A stretch of 64,000 bases of DNA, taken from an uncultured Candidatus Saccharibacteria bacterium. GTDB lineage: Bacteria > Patescibacteriota > Minisyncoccia > Phycocordibacterales > UBA9973. Under the pieces are notes generated by a model, which saw only the letters and a program-made list of their open reading frames with translations, ran no database searches and was not told the DNA's origin. The translations under genes were made by a program, and so were the position numbers. The stretch is from NCBI GenBank assembly GCA_964631935.1, contig CAZWAV010000001.1, positions 291,595 through 355,594 on the forward strand, written 5' to 3'. Shown in pieces: positions 55,951-64,000 of the stretch (the first letter of the stretch is position 1; each line of letters starts with the position of its first letter).

Positions 55951-56574
55951 ATGAGAAAGCTTAATATAAACCCGCCGACAATCTTTCTGACCACTCTTGT
56001 CAGAGATGAAAATTTCAAATTCCTGTTTGGTAAAAAAAGTGATGAATTTAATGATTTCTTTTATTTGCCAGATGGGGCTTTCGAGGAATTCTTCGAAAGA
56101 AAAGAATTTTTAATCGTTGAATATTCTGATGCATTATTGGCTTATGGAGGTCATCTTCATGGAACAACATGGTTAAAGAGTATAAATTTAATGCTCGAAG
56201 AAATAAACTATCTAACAAGATTTGATCTGCCAATAGTAGTTCTCACAGAAGAACAGTATCTCCCGGAACTGATTCCCATCATACAAGACCACTATGAGAA
56301 AATGGGCGTTGAAATATACGATGTGAGGTTTTATGATAAGCTTTGGCACGGTTTGGTTTTACCAAAAGACATGTATGGTTTCTTTTCTTTTGGAGATGAG
56401 ATTGATCAAGCAGGTAATAGATCAGAGCCACAGGGAAAAGACTGTGTTACTGAGTCAGAAAACTCCGAAGTTAAAAAAGAATTGGTGATGCCATATTACA
56501 TCGCTCCATTTATTGAAATTGATAAAGCAATACAAGGAGACAATTATTTAGAATCAATAGCTTCTCTTCAGTAA
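55951..56574 (+). CDS. Hypothetical protein
   Basis: 207-aa ORF followed by a terminator hairpin. No recognisable motif. Confidence 0.4.
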   Translation: MRKLNINPPTIFLTTLVRDENFKFLFGKKSDEFNDFFYLPDGAFEEFFERKEFLIVEYSDALLAYGGHLHGTTWLKSINLMLEEINYLTRFDLPIVVLTEEQYLPELIPIIQDHYEKMGVEIYDVRFYDKLWHGLVLPKDMYGFFSFGDEIDQAGNRSEPQGKDCVTESENSEVKKELVMPYYIAPFIEIDKAIQGDNYLESIASLQ

Positions 56575-56590
56575 AATGAAGAAACAAAAA

Positions 56591-56618
56591 AGGTAGTTAT
56601 AATAACTGCCTTTTTTTA
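56591..56618 (+). terminator. Terminator hairpin (ggtagttat-aat-ataactgcc) followed by a T7 run
   Basis: 9-bp stem with one mismatch, followed by tttttttatt. It lies downstream of the 55951 gene. Confidence 0.45.
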
Positions 56619-56644
56619 TTAAAAACTCATTTACATAAACAGAG

Positions 56645-56731
56645 CAGAGGGTAGGAGATTCGAACTCCTGAGGGTTGTAACACCCTACCACCTTTCCAAG
56701 GTGGCGCACTAGACCGCTATGCGAACCCTCT
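56645..56731 (-). tRNA. tRNA-Ser (anticodon GGA), type II with long variable arm, no encoded CCA
   Basis: The reverse complement folds by hand into a tRNA. Acceptor stem AGAGGGT/ACCCTCT with G73 discriminator. D-arm GCA/TGC. Anticodon stem CCACC/GGTGG with loop TTGGAAA (anticodon GGA). Long variable stem-loop AGGGT-GTTACA-ACCCT. T-arm AGGAG-TTCGAAT-CTCCT. Confidence 0.8.
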
Positions 56732-56735
56732 GTAT

Positions 56736-57302
56736 TTATTTACTCTCATCCATAACACCCCACAGATGAAGCGACAAGTACGTACGCTCGCCAATATGAG
56801 GCCTGGCAAGTAAAACCATCTTCTCATGAGACGGCTCACTACGCAAGCCAAAGACTTTCATAAATCCTTTACGGATAGCTAAATCCCCTGTCGGCAAGAT
56901 ATCAGGTCTATTAAGAGCAAATATAAGGAACATATGTGCAGTCCAAGTGCCAATACCTTTGACTCGAACAAGATGCTCTTCTATTTCAGAATCAGACATT
57001 TTGGAAAACTTTTTTGGATTAATAGTTCCATCTAAAAATTTTATAGAGAGGTCGCGAAGATAAGATGCTTTTTGTGCTGATACTCCAGCGCCCTTAAATT
57101 GCGAATCAGTAAGTTTCAAAATATCTTCTGGTTTTGGAAATTTCTTATCTGGCCATAGGCCAACAAATTTATTTAATATTGAAGTCGCAGCTTTACCGGA
57201 GAGCTGTTGAAATATTATTGATCGCACGAGTGACTGGAATGGATTCTTGGTCGGTTCTAGTGTCCGTAGCTTCTTCTTATTAATTTTGATCTTTTTGATC
57301 AT
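56736..57302 (-). CDS. HhH-GPD superfamily DNA glycosylase (AlkA / 3-methyladenine glycosylase II-like)
   Basis: Start set at internal MIKKIKI, which avoids overlap with the TPM gene. Helix-hairpin-helix + Gly/Pro-rich loop + Asp (VKGIGTWTAHMFLIFALNRPDILPTGDLAIRKG) is present. Its stop is 4 nt from the tRNA-Ser 5' end. Confidence 0.7.
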   Translation of the reverse strand: MIKKIKINKKKLRTLEPTKNPFQSLVRSIIFQQLSGKAATSILNKFVGLWPDKKFPKPEDILKLTDSQFKGAGVSAQKASYLRDLSIKFLDGTINPKKFSKMSDSEIEEHLVRVKGIGTWTAHMFLIFALNRPDILPTGDLAIRKGFMKVFGLRSEPSHEKMVLLARPHIGERTYLSLHLWGVMDESK

Positions 57303-57306
57303 AAAA

Positions 57307-58194
57307 TTACCATGAGCCTGATGATCCACCACCCCCTGATGATCCACCACCAAATCCACCGAAGCCTCCCCCACCACGGCCACCTAATCCACCTCCGCCA
57401 ATAAACCATGGCATTCTCCCTCCTTGTGATTTATATTTCTCGTAATTTTTAGATACAAAATAATCTAAAATCAAACCTATAGCACCAAATATTATTGAGC
57501 AAACAATACCAACTATTAGAGTAAAAACAAAACCTAGTATGATACCCCCAATAATACCCACAACACCACCTGCCCACCAAGATTTTGAACGCGCAAGAAT
57601 TGCAAAAATCCATTGAATAGCAATTAAGACAAAAAATACTATTTGTAATATTGCATTAGCATTAATAGGCTTTGAGTTATTAGGTGTATAATCAGACGGC
57701 ACAGAATCCCCTCCGTTTATAAGACCAATCATTTTGTCAACTGCACCATTTATACCGAGAGCATAATCTCCCGCTTTAAATGCAGGGCTTACTATTTCGC
57801 TCTGTATATAAGATGTACCTATATCAGTAAGTGCCCCTTCGAGTCCGTAGCCAGTGTGAATACGAGTCTTATGCTCAGCCATCGCTATAAGAAATAGAGC
57901 TCCGTTATTTTTATCTTTCTTTCCTATGCCCCACGCTGTAAATATTTCCTGTGCTACATTTTCTATAGTGTCTCCATCAAGTGATGGAATTATTACTACA
58001 GAAATTTCATTACTAGTTTGTTTTTCGAAATTTGAAAGCTTCGTTTCAATATTACTTTCATCTTGCTGGTTTAGAGTATTTGCGTAATCATTTACGAAAC
58101 CTGTTGGTTTAGGGGGTACAGTAAAGGCCAACACCACTCCCGGCAGAATGATTATCGCGAGGACGAGTGAAAGTACTTTGAAACGGATGTTCAT
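57307..58194 (-). CDS. TPM-domain (TLP18.3/Psb32/MOLO-1) membrane protein with Gly-rich C-terminal tail
   Basis: 295 aa. Signal peptide, TPM domain (FVNDYANTL...ISVVIIPSLDGDTIE..A...GIGKKDKNNGALFLIAMAEHKTRIHTGYGLEGALTD), TM helices and a GGGFGGFGGGSSGGGG tail. Confidence 0.8.
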   Translation of the reverse strand: MNIRFKVLSLVLAIIILPGVVLAFTVPPKPTGFVNDYANTLNQQDESNIETKLSNFEKQTSNEISVVIIPSLDGDTIENVAQEIFTAWGIGKKDKNNGALFLIAMAEHKTRIHTGYGLEGALTDIGTSYIQSEIVSPAFKAGDYALGINGAVDKMIGLINGGDSVPSDYTPNNSKPINANAILQIVFFVLIAIQWIFAILARSKSWWAGGVVGIIGGIILGFVFTLIVGIVCSIIFGAIGLILDYFVSKNYEKYKSQGGRMPWFIGGGGLGGRGGGGFGGFGGGSSGGGGSSGSW

Positions 58195-58778
58195 TATTCT
58201 TGAGTGAAGTTTATCTTTGGATTTTCTTTTGCAGTTTCAGACACTTGGAAGTATTCACGTGCACCAAAACCAAATATTGAAGCAATAATATTTGATGGGA
58301 AAGTTTTACGACTAACATCATAAGCTTTTACGAAATCATTGTACTTCATACGTTCAACAGAAATGCGATTCTCTGTACCTTCAAGAGACGTCATAAGATC
58401 ACGGAAGGACTGTGATGACTGAAGGGTAGGATAATTTTCTGTAATAACAAGCAACCGAGCAATTGCAGATTCATACTCTCCTGCTGCTTTTGCTTTAGCA
58501 TCTACTGTAGTCGCACCTGCGTAACGAGTTCTTGCATCAGCAATCATACCGAAGACGTCTTTCTCTTGTTTTGCAATACCCTTGACTGTAGCTTCTAAGT
58601 TCGGAATAAGATCAAATCTGCGTTGTAGTTGGTTTTCAACTTGTGCCCATTGGTTATCAATACTTGCATTCTTTGATACAAAGCCGTTATAACCACCAGC
58701 AAGCCATAAAGCAATAACCACGATAATACCTACAATCCATATAGTTTTTTTGTTTTTTTGAAAAAATGTTTGTTCCAT
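58194..58778 (-). CDS. LemA-family membrane protein
   Basis: 194 aa. N-terminal TM helix and the LemA core (NQWAQVENQLQRRFDLIPNL). Its stop overlaps the TPM start, the usual LemA-TPM pair. Confidence 0.8.
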   Translation of the reverse strand: MEQTFFQKNKKTIWIVGIIVVIALWLAGGYNGFVSKNASIDNQWAQVENQLQRRFDLIPNLEATVKGIAKQEKDVFGMIADARTRYAGATTVDAKAKAAGEYESAIARLLVITENYPTLQSSQSFRDLMTSLEGTENRISVERMKYNDFVKAYDVSRKTFPSNIIASIFGFGAREYFQVSETAKENPKINFTQE

Positions 58779-58856
58779 AAATAATTAAGAAATAATTCTA
58801 TTAATACGCTGATTATAGCATAAAGTTAGGAAAAATTAAGTTACAAATATAGCCTA

Positions 58857-59357
58857 TTATTTCTTTATATGGTAGAAATCTACGAATGTACCACTATCAT
58901 TAGGACCATACACAACCTTACAGTTAGCGAGCTGTGAACACTGCGGGGCTGTCATTATTTGATTTGGGGAACCAGCAGGACGACGGCCTCCCCCACAAGA
59001 TCCAGCAAACTCACCATTTTTGTTGTATAGCAGATTGTCTCCATCTACATATGAATTCATGACTTCAAAATAACTTTCCCCTTCTGCTATACATTCCTGG
59101 ACTGGAATACCAGAAGACGCGTCTGCGTTAATAAATTTTCTTAATACTACTGCTTTGGTATTTTCTTTTATGTCGGACTGTTTTATAGGGGGAGTTTTTT
59201 CTTGTAATTGATAATCCTGTCCAAAAGATTGGTCTCTTACTTGTGTTCCATACATTTGCTTATTACCCCACATCCACCTTAAGGCAATTATCATTAATAT
59301 AATAAGTATTACGAGTAGTCCTGTATTTAATTTTGAAATAGGAAACTTATTTTGCAT
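58857..59357 (-). CDS. Membrane-anchored hypothetical protein with Cys-containing C-terminal domain (paralogous N-terminal anchor)
   Basis: Start set at internal MQNKFPISKLNTGLLVILIIL. The ectodomain has 5 Cys. The N-terminal ~35 aa are near-identical to those of the next gene. Confidence 0.45.
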   Translation of the reverse strand: MQNKFPISKLNTGLLVILIILMIIALRWMWGNKQMYGTQVRDQSFGQDYQLQEKTPPIKQSDIKENTKAVVLRKFINADASSGIPVQECIAEGESYFEVMNSYVDGDNLLYNKNGEFAGSCGGGRRPAGSPNQIMTAPQCSQLANCKVVYGPNDSGTFVDFYHIKK

Positions 59358-59361
59358 TTTA

Positions 59362-60123
59362 TTATATAACTTTAATATAGTAATTTTCATTACCGACAAT
59401 AGTATAATCTCCTCCTGTACCATCTTTTTCTCCATATACTTCAACTTTTACCCCTATCTTTAGCTCCCCTTCGACATTACCTATCGGTAAATGATTCAAA
59501 TTGCGTCCTATGTTGTAGGTAACCCAAGCTTTATTATCTATTTGTATTTTACAAATACCATCTGACCAGCAACCATTATCTAGGGCTGTTATTTTGCCAG
59601 TCAAATGTTGTTCATCGCTTGTGGTCTGTGGTGAGCCGACAAATTTAAAAGTTGCTAGTTGCTTTTTATCTATATCGCCAGAAAATTCATACCCAACATT
59701 ACCTTGCTTAAGCCAATAGAAAGTTAATCCGCTATATGTATACACTTTAAATTTCGTTGCACCTATTTGTTCATCCTTTACATATGTGTAACTTGGTAAA
59801 TTATATTTTTCCCAATTAGAAACAAGTGTATAAACAACACCTCCTTTAGGTAAACTAATAAACAAACCGGGCCCGCCTTCTCCTTCTGTTTCAGTTGGAA
59901 TATATCCATTCGGTAATTCAATGCTAAACCCGTGGTTTGTATAAGTATAAGTACCTTTTACACTTTCTTCATTTACTTTTTTTTCTATTGATTGCTCTTG
60001 ATTAATCTGGGGAAAATAAACTTGCTTATTTTTAGACATCCATATGAGAGCTATTATAATCAATATGATAAGAATAGAGAGTAGTGTCGTATTTAGTTTC
60101 GAATTAAAGAATTTATTTTGCAT
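59362..60123 (-). CDS. Membrane-anchored hypothetical protein (paralog by N-terminus)
   Basis: Start likely at MQNKFFNSKLNTTLLSILIILIIIAL. The beta-rich ectodomain ends in a Cys pair (DNGCWSDGIC). Confidence 0.45.
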   Translation of the reverse strand: MQNKFFNSKLNTTLLSILIILIIIALIWMSKNKQVYFPQINQEQSIEKKVNEESVKGTYTYTNHGFSIELPNGYIPTETEGEGGPGLFISLPKGGVVYTLVSNWEKYNLPSYTYVKDEQIGATKFKVYTYSGLTFYWLKQGNVGYEFSGDIDKKQLATFKFVGSPQTTSDEQHLTGKITALDNGCWSDGICKIQIDNKAWVTYNIGRNLNHLPIGNVEGELKIGVKVEVYGEKDGTGGDYTIVGNENYYIKVI

Positions 60124-60124
60124 G

Positions 60125-60604
60125 TTATTTAATAACAATTGGAATTAGAATTTGCTTCATGACAGCACCTCCTCTCTCAGATACATCACGAGGATCATCT
60201 TGCGTAATTTTTATGAAAGCTTTTCCTTTTGGCATTTTAGAAAAATCAAAAGTGGTCTTAAATGATACTGGGCCAGTAGTCATCCAGTCAGTAGTTGCAG
60301 TACCATGGCCTGGGCCATAATTGGTAGGATTTTGATTATCATCTAGGATTGTAATCGGAAGATTACCTTCAAAAAAGTAGCCACCTTTTAAAACTCCAGT
60401 TGCTTCAACAATACCTGAAACTTCTTGACCATGCTTAATCGAGAATGAGATTAAATCGTCTTCATTACCTCCAACTTTTGGAATATCATTGGTTGAAGCC
60501 CCATCCTTTATCGGCGCAATAGCACTATTTGGTCTAAAAAATAATGGAACTATTATTATAAGGGCAACAAGCGTTACTATGGTTATGATTGTTTTTTTGT
60601 TCAT
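60125..60604 (-). CDS. Membrane-anchored protein with a Gmad2-like immunoglobulin-like domain
   Basis: 159 aa. N-terminal TM helix, then ISFSIKHGQEVSGIVEATGVLKGGYFFEGNLPITILDDNQN...WMTTGPVSFKTTFDFS...AFIKITQDDPRD, which resembles the Gmad2 Ig-like pattern. Confidence 0.45.
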   Translation of the reverse strand: MNKKTIITIVTLVALIIIVPLFFRPNSAIAPIKDGASTNDIPKVGGNEDDLISFSIKHGQEVSGIVEATGVLKGGYFFEGNLPITILDDNQNPTNYGPGHGTATTDWMTTGPVSFKTTFDFSKMPKGKAFIKITQDDPRDVSERGGAVMKQILIPIVIK

Positions 60605-60647
60605 AAAATTATGATTTTAGTTCATTAATATATAAGCTCATTATATC

Positions 60648-60680
60648 AAAAAAGCTTCTGGTATACCAGAAGCTTTTTTG
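60648..60680 (-). terminator. Rho-independent terminator after secF (agcttctgg-tata-ccagaagc-tttttt)
   Basis: Perfect 9-bp stem at 60653-60661 and 60666-60674 with A5/T6 flanks, which makes it bidirectional. Confidence 0.5.
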
Positions 60681-60699
60681 ACTGTCAAGAACAGATATT

Positions 60700-61584
60700 T
60701 TACTTATTTTTAGCTAAATTCCTATTAAACATTACAAGAAGCGGAGATGCTAAAAATATTGATGAGTATGTTCCCAAAAACATTCCAGCAGTGAGCATCA
60801 TTGCGAAAACCTTTGTGCTTGATGGGCCAAAGAATACTAACGCCAAAAGTACAATTATAACAGTAGATGATGTAGTGATTGAGCGAGTATATACTTGCTC
60901 AAGACTTTTACCAACAGTCTCTTCAAATTCCTTAAAGTGACCTACGCGAATATTTTCACGGATACGATCAAATACAACAATAGTATCTGAGACAGAGAGG
61001 CCAAGGATAGTAAGGACAGCAACCACAAAGAGAGTATCGACTTCTGTACCATATGTGTGACTAAGGAAAGCAAATACCCCTACTGGAATAATAATATCGT
61101 GTATGAGAGTAATGATAGCAATGAATCCATATTTCCAAGAAGAAACTGGTTTAGAAACTTTACGGAATGAAAATGCAATGAAGAAAATAATTCCGAGTGA
61201 CACAAGGATAAATGACAGTATCGATTTTCGAACAAGCTCAGCCCCAACAGATGGACCAATAGAAGTGAAACTCTTTTCTGTAGCATCGGCACCTAGAGCT
61301 TTTATGATTCCTGCACGTTCTGCTTCTGTAACTGCACGAGTCTTAATACTATAACCTTTATCCCCTGTAGGTTGAATAATAATCTCACCTAAAGAAAGAG
61401 GTTTAAGGTCTTCTTCTATAGTTTTCTGTTCTGGGCGAGTAGTCTTGTACTCTATTTCAGAAAGAGAACCACCTTTGAAATCAATACCGAGTTTTAACCC
61501 AAAGTAACCTATTGAACCAAGTGAAAGTATCACAAGAACAATTGAAATAATAACGAATATTTTTTTGTGTTTAATTACGAACAT
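60700..61584 (-). CDS. secF: Protein translocase subunit SecF
   Basis: 294 aa. The GIDFKGGS motif and 6 TM helices are present. It is immediately downstream of secD. Confidence 0.9.
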   Translation of the reverse strand: MFVIKHKKIFVIISIVLVILSLGSIGYFGLKLGIDFKGGSLSEIEYKTTRPEQKTIEEDLKPLSLGEIIIQPTGDKGYSIKTRAVTEAERAGIIKALGADATEKSFTSIGPSVGAELVRKSILSFILVSLGIIFFIAFSFRKVSKPVSSWKYGFIAIITLIHDIIIPVGVFAFLSHTYGTEVDTLFVVAVLTILGLSVSDTIVVFDRIRENIRVGHFKEFEETVGKSLEQVYTRSITTSSTVIIVLLALVFFGPSSTKVFAMMLTAGMFLGTYSSIFLASPLLVMFNRNLAKNK

Positions 61585-61587
61585 AAA

Positions 61588-62976
61588 TTATTTTTGTTGT
61601 GCACGAGCTGAGCTAAATCCCGACCCGAATAAAAAGTTAGTAAATTTTGTCGTCTTCTTTATGTTTAAAGTAGAAAGGAAAAGACGAGTGATAGATATAG
61701 CAGAAATCATAGAAACAAGTACTCCAATAAGGAATGTTAATGCGAAACCTTTAATAAGAGAAGTTCCGAACCAGAACAAGATTATTGCTGTAATCATACT
61801 TGAGATGTTTGAATCTCGAATTGAAAACCAAGCTCTTGAGAAACCATGCTTTATTGATTCAACGATATTATTACCACTACGCAATTCTTCCTTAATACGT
61901 TCAAAGATTAGAACATTGGCGTCAACTGCTATACCGATAGATATAATAAACCCAGCTATGCCAGCAGCAGTAAGAGTCACAGGGACAAGTTTAAATATCG
62001 CAAGCATTATAGTCACATACATAGACAGAGCGAGAACTGCAACAAGGCCAGGCAATCTGTACCATATTATTAGAAAAAGGGCGATTGCAAGGAATCCAAT
62101 GATGGCTGCTTTAACTCCAGCAGTAGTTGCTTGAGCGCCAAGTGATGGGCCAATAGTTTGCGTTGAAACAAGTTCAATAGGCACAGGAAGTGCACCAGAA
62201 TTTAATCGTCCGACAAGTAACTTTGCTTCTTGTGGTGTGAAGCTACCAGTGATCTGGGCCTTACCTCCAGTAATAGTATCGTTTACAGTAGGTACAGATA
62301 TTGGTTCACCGTCTAGGAAAATTGCCACTGGCTTACCGATATTCTCTTTTGTTATTTTTTCAAATAAAGCAGATCCAGTGTCATCAAATTGAAGAGCAAC
62401 AACTGGCTCACCTGTAGTCTGATTAAACTCAAGCGTTGCTTTAGATAGATATCTTCCAGTGAGTTCTGTAGATACATATAGTTCTTTTGTCTTAATAGGT
62501 TGTGCAACTCCATTTTCATCTACTGTTAGCTCTTGCACATCCCCCGGTTTATTGTTGAGTGTTTTAAATTCGAGTAAAGGAGTTTGACCTATCATAGCTG
62601 TAGCTTTTGCTACATCTGTAACTCCAGGCAAATCTACAATAAGACGCTCTTCTCCAAGATTAGAAAAACCTCCATCTTGTACTTGAACAACTGGTTCTGA
62701 AACACCGAATGTATTAACACGGCGTTCAATAACATCACGTAGTGCGTCCATTGAGTTCTTGATTTCACCTGAAGCAACTTTTGAAACATCAGCATGATAG
62801 ACCAAATGAGTACCACCTGATAGGTCGAGACCTAATCGGAATGGGAACTTTGCTATTCCATGAGCAACCGCATCCTGGGCAAGGTTTCTATGCCTAACTT
62901 CTGACTTATAAACAAATATTCCGACCCCTACGCCTAGTAAGAGAATGAGTAATGCTGTAATTCTGGTTTTCCACAT
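61588..62976 (-). CDS. secD: Protein translocase subunit SecD
   Basis: 462 aa. The GLDLSGGTHLVY motif, a periplasmic domain and a C-terminal 6-TM bundle are present. Confidence 0.9.
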   Translation of the reverse strand: MWKTRITALLILLLGVGVGIFVYKSEVRHRNLAQDAVAHGIAKFPFRLGLDLSGGTHLVYHADVSKVASGEIKNSMDALRDVIERRVNTFGVSEPVVQVQDGGFSNLGEERLIVDLPGVTDVAKATAMIGQTPLLEFKTLNNKPGDVQELTVDENGVAQPIKTKELYVSTELTGRYLSKATLEFNQTTGEPVVALQFDDTGSALFEKITKENIGKPVAIFLDGEPISVPTVNDTITGGKAQITGSFTPQEAKLLVGRLNSGALPVPIELVSTQTIGPSLGAQATTAGVKAAIIGFLAIALFLIIWYRLPGLVAVLALSMYVTIMLAIFKLVPVTLTAAGIAGFIISIGIAVDANVLIFERIKEELRSGNNIVESIKHGFSRAWFSIRDSNISSMITAIILFWFGTSLIKGFALTFLIGVLVSMISAISITRLFLSTLNIKKTTKFTNFLFGSGFSSARAQQK

Positions 62977-62988
62977 AATGGGGTTATT

Positions 62989-63513
62989 TTATAGGGTTTT
63001 AACAAAAAAAGCAACCAGGAAGCCAATGGCATATCCCCCAATGATATCAACAGGAAAATGGACTCCGGAAGCGACTCGAGCAAGTCCTATAAGTAACGCA
63101 GCTACCATGCATATGTAGCCTAGCTTCTTATTTTTAAAGTAAACAGACATAGAAAGAGCTGCTATTGTCGCAGAGTGTCCAGATGGAAAAGCATAACCAG
63201 TTTCAGTAAATAAAGAGTTGATATTTGAGAGAGCTATGAATGGTCGATCTGTATGAATAACTATTTTTAAAACATATGCAATAGTATAAGCAAATCCAGC
63301 AGAAAAAAATATCTTAGCTATATCTTTTCCTTTCCCTTCAAGCAAACTGGTAATATTTTTTGTCTTAAGGATATCGTAATTTACAAAAAAATAAACAGCA
63401 ACAATAATAATCATTATATAAATAAAAGGTACTGCGAAAAACCATATAATGCCATCGAGCCATTGGTATTGAAAAGCAAAACTGTGCAAGAAATAAAAAA
63501 TTGATATATTCAT
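62989..63513 (-). CDS. PAP2-family phosphatase (undecaprenyl-diphosphatase/phosphatidate phosphatase-like)
   Basis: 174 aa. Motifs KIVIHTDRP, PSGHSA and SGVHFPVDIIGG (PAP2 motifs 1-3) are present. Confidence 0.8.
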   Translation of the reverse strand: MNISIFYFLHSFAFQYQWLDGIIWFFAVPFIYIMIIIVAVYFFVNYDILKTKNITSLLEGKGKDIAKIFFSAGFAYTIAYVLKIVIHTDRPFIALSNINSLFTETGYAFPSGHSATIAALSMSVYFKNKKLGYICMVAALLIGLARVASGVHFPVDIIGGYAIGFLVAFFVKTL

Positions 63514-63516
63514 GGA

Positions 63517-64000
63517 TTATTTTTGCTCTGCAACAGTCAGAACATTACGGAGAAGTATTGCGACAGTCACAGGACCAACACCTCCAGGCGTCGGCGAAAC
63601 GAATGAGGCCACTTTTTCCACTGATAATAAATCGACATCCCCCACCACAGAACCATTGTCTTCTGATGTTCCTGCGTCTATAACAATAGCACCCTCCTTT
63701 AATTTATCACCAGTGATAAATTTACCGTGGCCAATACCAGAGATAACAACATCGGCTTTTTTTAATAGCTCATCTGTATTTTCTGTTTTATTATTTACAG
63801 ACGAAACATTAAGCCCTCGTGCTTCTAGCAAGTGAGCAACTGGTTTACCTACAAGAGTCCCTCGCCCTAAAACTACGATATTTTTATTTTCCAAATCAAC
63901 CCCAATAGAATCAAGGACTTTCATACAAGCAAGCGCTGTAGGGAAACCAATCTTGCTTTCGTTATTATAAAATAGTTCCCCTGTTTTAGATCCTAGACAA
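63517..64000 (-). CDS. folD: Bifunctional methylenetetrahydrofolate dehydrogenase/cyclohydrolase FolD, C-terminal part (gene continues beyond window end)
   Basis: The NAD(P)-binding domain (VVLGRGTLVGKPVAHLL) and the conserved C-terminal PGGVGPVTVAILL are present. The upstream half must lie beyond position 64000. Confidence 0.8.
   Translation of the reverse strand, partial: CLGSKTGELFYNNESKIGFPTALACMKVLDSIGVDLENKNIVVLGRGTLVGKPVAHLLEARGLNVSSVNNKTENTDELLKKADVVISGIGHGKFITGDKLKEGAIVIDAGTSEDNGSVVGDVDLLSVEKVASFVSPTPGGVGPVTVAILLRNVLTVAEQK

Noticed and set aside
58857-60138. Type IV pilin or pseudopilin genes
   Set aside because: The N-termini lack the G/A-F-T-L-I-E prepilin peptidase motif. The helices look like plain signal-anchors.
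1-64000. CRISPR arrays, integrases, transposases, toxin-antitoxin pairs
   Set aside because: No array of short direct repeats with unique spacers was seen. No DDE or tyrosine-recombinase motifs were found in any ORF. The only repeats are intragenic coding repeats.

Overview
AT-rich bacterial chromosomal segment with compact, overlapping genes. Reduced housekeeping enzymes, very large surface proteins and many membrane-anchored ORFs suggest a Patescibacteria/CPR-like or similarly reduced genome; this is an inference, not a computed placement.

Called features:
- Housekeeping genes: rpsP, a KH-domain gene and trmD; RNase R; a NusB-Nudix fusion upstream of rnc and a short SMC; rpmF; thrS; gyrB; pheS, a HIT gene and pheT; murI; secD and secF; a partial folD; msrB; a UvrD-type helicase fused to a nuclease; an ABC exporter.
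- RNA gene: one type-II tRNA-Ser(GGA).
- Rho-independent terminators: several hairpins between genes.

Most notable finding: an ~17 kb co-directional, tightly coupled gene array on the minus strand (14.1-30.9 kb) that looks like a cell-surface assembly, attachment or substrate-capture system. It encodes:
- a 3025-aa PATR/beta-helix giant protein with an internal ~1 kb segmental duplication;
- a small single-pass membrane protein;
- two paralogous Thr/Ser/Gly-rich secreted proteins sharing a conserved C-terminal domain;
- a DUF916-like protein with a C-terminal anchor;
- a secreted protein ending in a canonical double Ca-binding dockerin module;
- two type-I membrane proteins with cohesin-like domains;
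- a membrane-tethered family-3 solute-binding protein.

Other noteworthy items:
- a second giant protein (2177 aa) with NVGIGT-type fibre motifs and a Pro-Thr repeat tail;
- a Bro-N-like/Hsp20 fusion;
- a hinge-less SMC;
- a beta-helix/Ig protein of 1074 aa;
- a type-II NADH dehydrogenase (NDH-2);
- an unannotated 34-aa CxxCxxCxxxC peptide gene between msrB and its terminator.

No CRISPR array and no obvious mobile element were seen.
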